Origin: Iphione sp. A-MEVVRFRX5
Taxonomy: Eukaryota
Direction: 5' to 3'
Assembly: GCA_976226885.1 (NCBI GenBank)
Contig: OZ320318.1
Location: 35,278,001 to 35,342,000 of the forward strand
DNA: 64,000 nt
Position 1 is the first letter of the stretch, and each line of letters starts with the position of its first letter. The translations under genes were made by a program, and so were the position numbers. Under the pieces are notes generated by a model. The model worked only from the letters and a program-made list of their open reading frames with translations, made no database searches and was not told the origin of the DNA. Shown piece by piece: positions 53,201-64,000 of the stretch.

Positions 53201-53251
53201 TCCCACATGTGTTAATGAAATATACAGTAAGATCCTTGGTAACTAAAGTAC

Positions 53252-53319
53252 CTCTGTTATTCAAAAATGTCTACAGATGATGAAATATCTGGTTGCCGAA
53301 ATCGCCACCCATGCATCTC
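53252..53319 (-). other. Candidate exon, copy 2 (CGA>TGA stop)
   Basis: ttttccccaccAG | 68 bp | GTactt; 57/68 identical to 47296-47363. Confidence 0.4.
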
Positions 53320-54032
53320 CTGGTGGGGAAAATGATAAACGTATAACATTTGTAAGTAGAATGTAAAGCAATTGATGTTGTTAATTGCTCTGCCGTCTGA
53401 TGTATCTATGTTTATGAGGTCGTTGACTGCATGTCGCATGGGTGTATGTTACTTTTAGCCATTGTACGTCACTCTGTACTGTGTTGTCTCTTCCTTTATG
53501 AGGTCATGGCATGTATTTTGCTCATGTGTAATTGTTTCTTTGTGTTGTCTATTCATGTTCTAACGCCTAGCAGTTCCTTTTTCTCCCTCATCTGGTTAAC
53601 TGTGTCTATTTCTTATAGAAATCAATTAAATGACTTGACATCACCTCTGGTTACAGATAGTGAATCATAGATGTGTAGTACAACCTATAGAGGAAAACAT
53701 TTGGTAATTCCATTAGGGTCCAGTTTATGCGAATATCGAATTATTGCAGCCCCGGTAGACAAGATGATTCTCCAAAACCCCACACTAAAAAACTGAAAAA
53801 TCCTATAACCAAACAGATTTCATTGAAAGAAATGTACTCTACTCTAAATGACCTCACAGAACCAGATTATTCAAATTTCAAATATAAACAATGATATATT
53901 GGAAAAGGACATTCAACGTGGACCCAAACACTGAATGCGAATGTGAAATGGTTACATAGTTTGAAACCTCCTAGAGTTATATGGATGAACAAAGGCAAAG
54001 GGTCTGATTGAATTGTATGCCCATCTCCATAC

Positions 54033-54088
54033 CTCCCAGACACAACAGGATGCACAAAAGCAAAGCATCCGATTTAAGTTTCCCTGTC
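54033..54088 (-). other. Candidate upstream exon encoding a hydrophobic, signal-like segment
   Basis: catttgttctAG | 56 bp | GTatgg; reads TGKLKSDALLLCILLCLG and its phase joins 53252-53319. Confidence 0.3.
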
Positions 54089-56054
54089 CTAGAACAAATG
54101 CTTGGGTGAACAAAGACAAAGTGTTAGAAAGTGGTTAGTATGAGGTAAGAATAGGAATGAAATTTTATTATATTCGGTTAAAATGTTTAATATTTCCACA
54201 CCTTTCTGCACATCTTTCACACATTTTTCATGAATTCGCTGCAAATTGAGAGATTGTTTGTCACATTCTCACAAACCAGACATCAAGCTTGCCACAAATC
54301 CGAAATAAAAAAAATCCAAAGCAAGTGTTCCGCTTTGAGTTTCGATTTTGTATGCAAGGAGAATTGTCTAACAATCGGTAAACTTTTCATCACGCATCAA
54401 CAACTCAAAAAAGACCTGTAAATGCAAAAACTAGGCTCTAACTATTGCGCAGTCTCCGTAGCCTACTGGATAAGGGAACTGATAGTTTTATAGGCAATAT
54501 ACACGGAGAACACGTTATGTAGCTGATCTAAATTTGAATCCACTAGCCAGGTAAAAAGGCATGATCACAGCATATACGCACAGAATAAACTTTACAAAAA
54601 GCAAAAATACCAGGATAAAAAGAACTCCGGGGGATGGTAGGGGCATAGAGAGAAGGACTAGGGAGGGGTTCTTGAACGTTTATCATAGTGTTGCTCTAAA
54701 AGGTGGGATAACAGCAGATTAAGAAGATCCTGTAGAGATCCGCGGTTAGGTACATAGTACCAGGGACGCATTAAGAGATACACTCCGAGGTACAAAGTAC
54801 TGGAAACTGCAGCACTGAATATTATATAAGTACAAAGATAAGGAGAGGAATTGGTAACGTATATTATACATACACACTGTATATATTCGTTACGAAGGGC
54901 GTTATATAGATCAGCAAGGAACCACAAGCCATAGTGTCTCTCACTAATCAAGTGTGACAATATTCCTCTCGAAGTGGATTACTCGGAACTAAGTATATAG
55001 ACAAAGAGCCTTAATCGATATTATCATAATTACATACACATATGAAGTTCTCACCACTGGGTCGCCTGCATTCTTCCTAGCCTATGAATATATTACATCC
55101 TGACAGACAGCTGGAAAACGTGTCAGGTATAAATTCAGAGAAACAGTTCTCCAAAGCCCAACGTAATACCTACCGCATCGGGAGAGGTGGATTCCGTTAC
55201 TGTTAGCCAGCTCTTCTCCCGCTGGCTGTCGTACAAATTGAACGAATCTGGATTACCTAAGGTATCGTATGCTAACAAAATTAGGGCCTGCAGGCTTCTA
55301 CAGTATGTAGGTAGTAAATGTACGGTGTATTAGTATTTTGGGGCTCCACCCGTCTACCTTAATGGATTGGAGGATAATTCGATGTGTTTGATGAAGTACG
55401 CGGACTGCCGATTACTCGAAATAAACTACGAGGCGTAGCCAAGTTTTTTTTATGAGTATGAGCCGGTCCAAGGACTTATTCTAATTTAAACTACATGTAC
55501 TACGATTTGCTGATTCAGTCAAGAAGCATTGGTCAACCAAGGCAACAGCTGGGGTGGCATTCATCCCATCAAAAGACTTTAGTTGTCAATTGCTTTCCCA
55601 GTAGTCCATCGAGTCAGTAGACAAAGCGGCTTTCATGCCACCATTTCAATCAAGAAGCTTTGATTGATTTATAGAGAGAGAGGGCGAAAGGGACTCAGTA
55701 GGCTTTACATTATAGGTAGACATGAAAATACAATGCATAGAAGAAAAAGAGGGGCTTAATTTAGGAAAACAAATGAAAAAAGGTGTGTGTGTGTGCGTGG
55801 GGGGGTTTCCCCCACATTAAAATGAACGTATATTCTAATGTTAAAACAGATCTCTAGCAACAGTAAAATCTTTTAATACTTCAGTGTGGAACCCTAGTGC
55901 TGCCTTATTAATGTTAAAACAAACTTCTGACTATAGTTAACCTTTTCATGCAGCTCGAATGAGCTTTTTTAGCATTGCCCTGCCCCTCAGAGGTTTGAGA
56001 GAAAAGCGTGACCATTCCAATGTATGCAAGAATCATAATCTAACCTTTGTTCAG

Positions 56055-56135
56055 CCACTGGGGTGCATTGGATAGGAGGGCCGACCCTCAGATGAGCAAT
56101 GTTAGACTGCAGACCCAGCTTCGAATCGCCACCAA
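56055..56135 (+). ncRNA. Degenerate tRNA-derived SINE head
   Basis: A-box-like TGGGGTGCATTGG (56059) and B-box-like GCTTCGAATCG (56118). Confidence 0.4.
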
Positions 56136-57454
56136 GACTTGCACACCATTTCATCAGACGAATTGAACAGAAGAGACAGCTGAAAAATATCTACACAATC
56201 ATACAAATACATAATATAGTGTACTGGGGGGATAGTAGGAACATAGAGTGGCATGGGTAGTTTAATTAGGTACATTCCATGATGTCTTCCTGCATAGTGT
56301 TAATACGACTAAAAAAACACGAGCACTCCAGCACGAAGTACATCTGCTGGTCACACACAGTATATCATGGGAGGCTATTTTAATCCTCGATGTACCTTTA
56401 GCAGTGAAAAACGCCCGGACATGGTTATTGACACTTGAGTGGGCCCGTCACTGCTGACATGTTATGACGGCGTGAAGGATTGCAAGGGTCAACATATTTG
56501 CGCGATCCGGCGACGCAGGGCCTCGCGGTGTAATGTTTGTGTCAGACAAAGATTGAACCACTTAACCAGCTCTTTAGATCACCGTTTACCCTGCCTATTG
56601 GCCTGTGTGTGCAGTGATCGAGTGAAGAGACCTGCGTTGACCTCGAAATGAAAGTGTTCTTGTGTGTGTGTGGGGGGGGTGCATTCGAAACTGCTGATCA
56701 TTGAGAACACTTCCTCTGCTTAATAATGACACTTCCATGTGGCTGCCACACTTGGAATGTGATGTCCCTTGGTCGTTATATAATAGATAATTGTGGCCTG
56801 TAGATACGAGGTTTTTAAATGAAAGGGAAACGTAAGCGGTGACAGTCGTGATCCTGGAGACTAACACATATGTGGCAGACCGAATTGTTACAGATTTTAA
56901 GCAAATTTTATTTCACCTAAATTGTTCTAGAACGGTGATAATTCTAAGCAAAACGAATGTAAATATTTAAAGGGGCGATGGAGATGAAGAAGAAAACGGT
57001 GACCTGGATATTGAGATGATATTACACACAGAAATATTTCCGTAGATATGTATACATGTATACATGTATTATCATAAATATGTAGCCTACATTTTATATG
57101 TAAAAGCATGGAATTTAAATGACGTGTCAAGCTATTTGAGTTATGTTTTGCCAATCGCTAAATTTGGAGTCAGTTTTAAATGCCAAAATTCGTTATCACC
57201 TCATTCACAGATATCGAATTCAGTTTTCGTTACAGAAAATCCTCGACCAACTTCGGACAGTGCACATTATATACACTGAATATCAAACCACTTATAACTC
57301 TTATATAGCATGACAAGTCTTCCCCTTATCCATATTTCAGGCAATCACATTGGCTCAGCGAACAACCCCGGCGGTTGCGCCTCAACCGTGAATATTTGAC
57401 GACCTCTTGACCTTCCGCTGTGGGCCATAATGACCAAGTATACACGTCGTGAAG

Positions 57455-57633
57455 GTAAGCAATCTTGGCCCGGCTCTAAAGATCACACAGCAACAAGCGC
57501 AGAGAGTCCTTCAAGTTGAGCACACTGACTTTTATAAGCGGCAGTGTATGACTGTTGGGACACAGATCAGGCGACACACTCGACCCGCCTTCAGCCTAAC
57601 GAGCTGTCTTCTTTTCTTTCTCCGAGTCTCCAG
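57455..57633 (+). other. Intron in the 5' leader of the host gene
   Basis: Donor GAAG|GTAAGC, branch-like CTAAC 57596-57600, polypyrimidine tract, CTCCAG acceptor. Confidence 0.65.
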
Positions 57634-57658
57634 CCAGGTCGCTGGTAACTTCGTGTTC

Positions 57659-58693
57659 ATGAGCTGGATTCTGCTAAAGAAATTGGAGGCGTCGAACTCG
57701 TCGTCGTCAGGCGCCTCCAGGCGAGGGGCCGGCGCCTCCCAGTATCGTGCCGCCAGCATCTGTTCCACAGACGAGGAGCTGCGCGCACAGATTAAGAACC
57801 GGAAGGAATTGGGACGCATGCGTACGGTGCTCGCGCAGCTGCGCCGAGAGGAAAGTTGGGCGGGCAAGTCGCATGTTATGCGCAGTGGCGCCGTGCGACG
57901 GCGCGCGGAGGAGCTGCTAGATAGGGCTGGAATCATTGCTGACGAGCAGCAGATGATGGAGGTGCAACATATGGAGCATCTCGTGGATATGCGGGAGCAG
58001 ATGCTGCGCCAGGGCGGACATTCCAGGGTCGAAGCTACTCTTCGCCTGCCGGACATTCACCACCGCACCCCACGGGCTGCCTTCCATGACGACAGCAGTT
58101 TAGAAGCGATTCTGGACCGACCGTTGGAGGCTCAGGAGGCGCTGGAGGAAGATGAACAGGAGGGAGAGACAAAGACTTCCTGCCTGCCGTTCATCACACA
58201 GTTGCCCGTCGACAAGTCTGACTCTCCCCGCCTTCCCGGTGTGGAGCTAGTGACAGACCCCCAGAAGAAGGTACGACGGGGACGTAGTGTGTCCCTGCAG
58301 GAGCAGAGAAGTAGAAATCCGCACAGAAGACACGTGTCTCAACCTCAACCCCCCACGGCTTTCCACGACTTCATCGAAGCTTCCCTACCAGTGAGAGAAA
58401 AAGCACCTTCATCCTACGACCGCCTCACCTCACTTCCTTCTGCTCGTGGCAGTATCAGCCAGACGGGGAGAAACAAACGTAGGAGGAACCGCATCTCACT
58501 AGATATGTCTAGTCTTGATTTTCAGAAAAGCCCGCACTATTCGGAGCGACTGGTGGCCCTGCGGCGCCGCGTTTCCAGGATCGAAACCCAGCAAGTCGAT
58601 GGGTTGGTCAAGGACTTCCTCCGCTCGCAGCAGGAGTTGGCCACTGTGGGTCGTAGCGCAACCAACCACTGGACACCGACGGTGAAGCCTTAA
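57659..58693 (+). CDS. Uncharacterised 344-aa protein (helical/coiled-coil N-terminal half, Ser/Arg-rich disordered C-terminal half)
   Basis: Long GC/CpG-rich ORF without TE motifs; ATG lies just after a canonical acceptor, so the listed GTG start at 57449 is probably wrong; no family recognised. Confidence 0.75.
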   Translation: MSWILLKKLEASNSSSSGASRRGAGASQYRAASICSTDEELRAQIKNRKELGRMRTVLAQLRREESWAGKSHVMRSGAVRRRAEELLDRAGIIADEQQMMEVQHMEHLVDMREQMLRQGGHSRVEATLRLPDIHHRTPRAAFHDDSSLEAILDRPLEAQEALEEDEQEGETKTSCLPFITQLPVDKSDSPRLPGVELVTDPQKKVRRGRSVSLQEQRSRNPHRRHVSQPQPPTAFHDFIEASLPVREKAPSSYDRLTSLPSARGSISQTGRNKRRRNRISLDMSSLDFQKSPHYSERLVALRRRVSRIETQQVDGLVKDFLRSQQELATVGRSATNHWTPTVKP

Positions 58694-61524
58694 AACGCCG
58701 GGAGTGTTACCCTACCTATCGAAGCTCATACAATATCGCAGCTCTCGTAGCTCATGTCTTTTCGTCTATATTTTTTGTATGAGAACTAAGAAGTTACATC
58801 CAGTTCATGTAATGAGGTTAGAAGTATATTTACTCTTAGCTGAGGTGAGAAAATATCATGTTTTTACTAAAAAAATGTGCCTACTGAAAATATACATATA
58901 TATGCATGCATATCCATGGGCAGGGAACACCTTACACAGGGGTTTGTGCGGTTACGCCTGAGCACTGCACAACAGTCGCTAGTTTGCAACAGTAAGATAA
59001 AAGAATGAAAAAGAGAATATTCGTAGGATTACTAAATAACCATGTATATTTACCAACAATGTAGGTTAAGCAAATTGTCCTTTACGACTGCCACTTGGGT
59101 CTCACTGTTTATTCTATCTATACAAGTATCAAGGGAAATGAGCACGCAAAGCACTACTTTCAGCACAAGAAGACATCAGTTAATTCTTTCAAAATTGGTT
59201 TCATGCCCTTCTGTTGTAAAGTTAGAAATGTTAAAGTCAATATAGAAACTCAGCGAGTCAGAATGAAAGATTATCCTTATTTAGAGCCATCACAAATCAG
59301 ACCCTGTGTACATAGAATGGAGCCTTCGCCAGTCATACGTCCCTAGGCATAGGGAGGTAGATAGTACCATTAAACTGAGAAATCATATATTTGTATATTT
59401 TTGCCAATCGTTTCACACTGATTGCTGACTAGGCAATGTCTCCGAGACCTCACGCATTATAAATGTTTTAATTATAGATCTATAACATACGAAAGATTCT
59501 ACCATATCTTGGTGAATAATAAATTATACTATGCCATGTCATTTGTGGAACCAGTAATCATTATTTGGAATTTATAGTTTGATATTTACTCAATAGTATG
59601 AGAGTGTTATTACATACGGTACTTTAATTTCACAGAGATACTAAAAATCACACCCAAAACTGTTGTCAAAATCATAGCAGAATACAATATTTTGTAAGAG
59701 TGTAATGAGGGCTTCGCATTTTTAGTGAACATTTAAGAAATAACTTTTCAACATCTTACCGTCTGTTTGAATGTTCTCAGTAAAATATATTCTATTCAAA
59801 TAGACATTATACCTATCTCAGAATGAACATCATAATTAATGCCCTTTGGTATGAAGGACGATGTGGGGCACAGTGTCTCCTTACATGATTTCAACTAGAA
59901 ACGAAGAGTATAAAGTAAACGACATACAATGTGCGCACAATATTCACACAAATTATTTATAATATAGGAATAAAGTCTACCAAACCACCTTTTATGTATT
60001 CATTACAAACAAGGAAGTGATTCGACTTTATTAAGAATTATATCTATATGCTCTATAAAGCAGCCCTAATTTAGCTTTTATAGTTGGTTTCAAAATCCCA
60101 GAAATAACCTGAAACAGAGTCACAATTCAAAGTTGAATGGTGACTTAGGACCGAATAAATCATATAGTGCTTGATGCATTTAATTTGGTTTACCTATCTG
60201 CAAGTTAGGAAAAGTCATCCTCACAGCAAATTTGAGTAAGTTGCAAGGATGGCCTTCAACAGTGGAAGTGGCCTATTAATACTTCCAGGAAATGTCTTAA
60301 AAATATCATAGAATTAATGGAGACTTACCGATGCAGGCTTGTCACTGGGATCTAAAATGCTTCTGTCTTCCTGTCAGGTCTGTTTGCCTGTATATATTCA
60401 CTGATACGAGAAGCAGACAAAAGAACATATTGGTTAGTGATTATGTCACAGTTATGCACATTGGTGATATTTGAAACCGACTTGCTCTGGTCAATGCGAT
60501 CCTTAGTTGAGCCATAATGTCGCTAGAAGGCCGATATAGTGCCAGACACTTAATGATCTGCATTGGAATTACATTCCCATAACTTGGCATTTGTAGTACA
60601 CATTCATTGATACATCCATGCTGTGATAGATGAACGTAGGACACAGGTTTGGCTTGACAATGAATGGAACAAAGGTTCCTGACCCGCAAAATATATTACA
60701 GGGGTGGTGAAGACGCATATGGGTTAGAGTGACGCGGCATCCCAGACGAAAAGTTTTGAAGCTATTGTGCAGTCTTCCTGTAGCGTGGCTCCCATGGGTT
60801 TAGAGAATTATGTCATTACTCCTGGGGATGACCAGTCCCTCCTGTACATGATGTCCTTCAGGTCCTACAGCTGTGCAGGAACAGTGTATGTGCACCTCGC
60901 AGTTCTCCTTCAATGCTTGCCTGATGGAGTAGAGAGGGGCATCCAGAAACATCCTTTCTTCCTCATAACGAGTAGGTCCTCAGGTTTACCCGAATGATAT
61001 CCCTGCTGTGTACTGAAGAGTGAAGAGGCTTCTGAAAGCCAGGATCCTAGCATAGACCTGAAGTGAGGACCAGGTTGACCTTCTCGAAAAGATTATGGAA
61101 AGAGAAAGCTACGCATGCCCGAAGTACATACTGATTCATACTAAAGCGGATACTGCGTATCTGCTCGCTGATATATTGCTTTCAGGTCTCCAATACGTGT
61201 ACTTGTTCTTGGGGCAACTGAATCGCAAACCTCCCAACGAACACCCTGAAGTGTGAACTTCTCAGAGAAATGATCTCATAACTCAATTCCTTGAGTAACA
61301 TTGGTATGCTATAAAACGACATAGACTTGTTTGTGAGCACGGGAGAGGTGTACACCTGATACTCTTAAAGAAGTGTAGAAAACCATTCCATTGACAGGAA
61401 GAATGAGTCTCCCATGTGTTGTTTGCTAACGCTTACCGTTGAAAATGACCCGCCTTCCCTATCAAGACCATTAATGAGTCTTGTTACATCATCAGCAGAG
61501 GGCAGCAGGCCCTCTGATAATGTT

Positions 61525-61790
61525 GAAAAAACCTAGGTCAATATTAAGAATTCTGTGTTTTATGCATGTATAAAACAATGGAATAATCTGGGTGTGAGGT
61601 GGAGATGTATGGCAAGCGCTCATGAGTTCGAAATTGCTACCAGATTGCAAACAATGACTATTTATGACTACTAGGGTTATTACTATGCAACCGTGACACG
61701 TTGTAATGAATACAACCTCTCATTTTTTTATCTTGAAAAGCGCCCTGCTAAGGGCGAATGCGCAGAAATAAAATTCTATTCTATTCTATC
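61525..61790 (+). mobile_element. 5'-truncated LINE 3' end, related to 19655-22685
   Basis: KNSVFYACIKQWNNL, stem-loop CGCCCT-GCTA-AGGGCG (61741-61756), AATAAA, (TTCTA)n tail. Confidence 0.75.
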
Positions 61791-62717
61791 ACTAGCAATA
61801 GCACATAGATGGAGGAATACACCAGTGTCGGTTGCCTAATCTTGACAGCATTTGTTGAGTTGTTCAAATAGGTTGGGGTATTATCACACCTGCCGATGAA
61901 TGAACCCTTTGAACATTGCCAGGAAAGGTTGCTGAATACAGCCATGGTGCTCTCATCATTACAACAAGCTTTGCCGACTACTGATACCCCCCCGGTGCGT
62001 AAGTCCACGAAACATGGCATTGATTATCCTGCAACAGATGACCCAACCTGATTGTTGTTCCGAGGACGGCGATGATCTTGAGTGTAGTAATGTGTGTACC
62101 GGCGCTCATGGGCCCTTTACCCATGTGACAAAGTGACTCTGTACTCAGGCATAATGATGTCGCATCCCATGCAATGCAGCATGTTGCTCCCAGGACAGGG
62201 ATCATCTTGAGTGTAGTATTGTGGGTGCATAACAAGCCATTCCAAGCAATGCGGTTCCAATCGCTTCGCATTACCCCTACCTGCTAGGGTGTAATGCCAT
62301 TGAGCCACTCGACAAATGTTTGCTCCACAGCAAGGCGTGTTCCCTTTTAGAGGGATATACACCTTTTTCCCTTAGGGAAATCACGTAGGAGTGGTATGCT
62401 CCTCTGGCTAAACATGCGTCCCCATTAACTAGAGCTGAGCAGTCTCTGTATCTTATGAAGCTTCTCTACTGAAAACATTCGAGCTGCCTGTGCAGTCTAT
62501 GCAGCTTGTCCTGTGGGAGCCTCGCATATCAACTTCATGGGCTGGCTGTCTAGAACTAAACCGAGGAACTGATTTACATACTGGGGGCTTCTGTTTGCAG
62601 TAGGCAATATAGAGAAACCTAGGTCCCTTAAGACCCAGAGGTGAGTGTTCTGTGCTGATTAACTTGTTCCGGGAAATCATTTTACGGGTCTAACTGTTAC
62701 AAATAACAAGTCCCTGG

Positions 62718-62792
62718 TCTCTCTCTCTCTCCCTCCATCCCTCCTTGTTGCTCTCTCTCTCACTATCTTTCACGCTTTGTCCCTCTCTCGTC
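62718..62792. repeat. (CT)n-rich simple repeat
   Basis: Polypyrimidine CT runs; a similar tract lies at 45520-45570. Confidence 0.8.
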
Positions 62793-64000
62793 TTTCATGG
62801 CTGTAACTTAATTGTCACCTGGGGCACTAATGCAGACGTCTCAGTCAAATTACCAATGTTGTATAAACTTTGGGAATTTTATATGTAACGTATATTTTTC
62901 ACCTGCAAATTGAAGTGACGAGTGACGGATTACTAGTTTTCCCCCTTACACTATGGAGAGTAGCGCTGATGGCGGCTACCATCCGGTGTGGCTCATCATG
63001 CCACAGCGGGTGCTGGTTGTTGACAACCGATAAAGTTAAAGATATTGGCCGGGAATCATTCACTGCTAATTTAGCTTATCCACGAGGTGATTAGACGTCA
63101 CCCAGTCCACATTTCCCTGGGTTGTGCGTACAATGAATCAGCGGAGCAACTAATTACAGACGCTCTTGCGGCAACCCACAACAAGTTCTGCAGCATTGTG
63201 ACAATACATGGGGATGATTCCCCCTCAGCGGCGGGACTTAACCGTCAACGATTACAACGGTGTGGGCCTAACGGTCCGCGGAGACTACCCGAAGGACGAC
63301 GGGATGACACCTACCGATGAGGTCTGTGCGTTGTGGACAAGGCTAGTCACCTATTTTCTTCGTGAGGTCACGGCTAAGGTGACTGCAAAGGCATGAGATG
63401 CTGCATGAGTGCTGTCTGAGCCAAGACTGCGCTAAGTACCGATAAGGTCACCCAGGTTGAGGTGTGGTGGGTGATGCAATAGGTAAATTTTGTGGCATTT
63501 CAATCGTGAGATAAATATTTGCATTCCGTACTTGTGCTTTTCTCGTCACATGATATTCAAGATGTTCATCACTACGGACACTACGAGAATTACCAGAGAG
63601 ACTAACAGTAACAGTTGGACTTTTTATTTAAATCAAAAAAACTCTCATGAAACTGATTTTGATATATCTTTTCACTGGTCTCCAATGGCATTTAAATTCG
63701 TCAATTGTATTATCTTTGACTTAGAACTACACCGACAACAATATATCCTAGTGTGTTAAATGCCACTTGTTCCTTCAGATCATTATCTTGAAAGAGTTAA
63801 GGCGAGACCTTTTAAAAAAATACCATTATTGCATTGCATTTCAATATTAATTCAGTTAACATTGCGATTCCTATGTGAGTTATGATGTTGATATGTACAC
63901 GAACTGATATTAGTAGCTATATTCTTTTTATTTAAAAACTAAATGGGAGGAACTCTATGTATGCTCAAATAAGATGAGGAAATGAGGCGGCCAAAGTAAT

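Noticed and set aside
56055-56135. Functional tRNA gene (also 18335-18395)
   Set aside because: A/B boxes are degenerate and no cloverleaf or anticodon arm could be built; kept only as SINE-like heads
57449-57658. N-terminal 70 aa of the listed 414-aa ORF
   Set aside because: Starts at GTG and runs through a canonical donor, branch point, polypyrimidine tract and acceptor, so it is most likely intron
57532-58056. 174-aa minus-strand ORF
   Set aside because: Antisense shadow of the GC-rich + strand CDS; Ser/Arg/Cys composition typical of reverse frames

Overview
Eukaryotic (probably invertebrate metazoan) AT-rich genomic DNA dominated by transposable elements. The best-supported feature is a young, nearly intact Ngaro-type (DIRS order) tyrosine-recombinase retrotransposon at 8292-12676. 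It has perfect split direct repeats (A1...B1-A2-B2), a zinc-finger gag, an RT/RNase H frame broken by one TGA, and an intact YR. Three further decayed YR-retroelements, at least eight degenerate CR1/L2-group LINE fragments, several MITEs (Tc1/pogo-, PIF/Harbinger- and EnSpm-like ends), tRNA-like SINE heads, mini/microsatellites and a G-rich tract are also present. One probable host gene lies on the + strand (GC-rich 344-aa coding exon 57659-58693 behind a canonical intron). A 68-bp exon-like unit occurs twice in inverted orientation (47.3 and 53.3 kb). All calls come from reading the sequence and motif recognition; no database search was possible, and boundaries of degraded elements are approximate.
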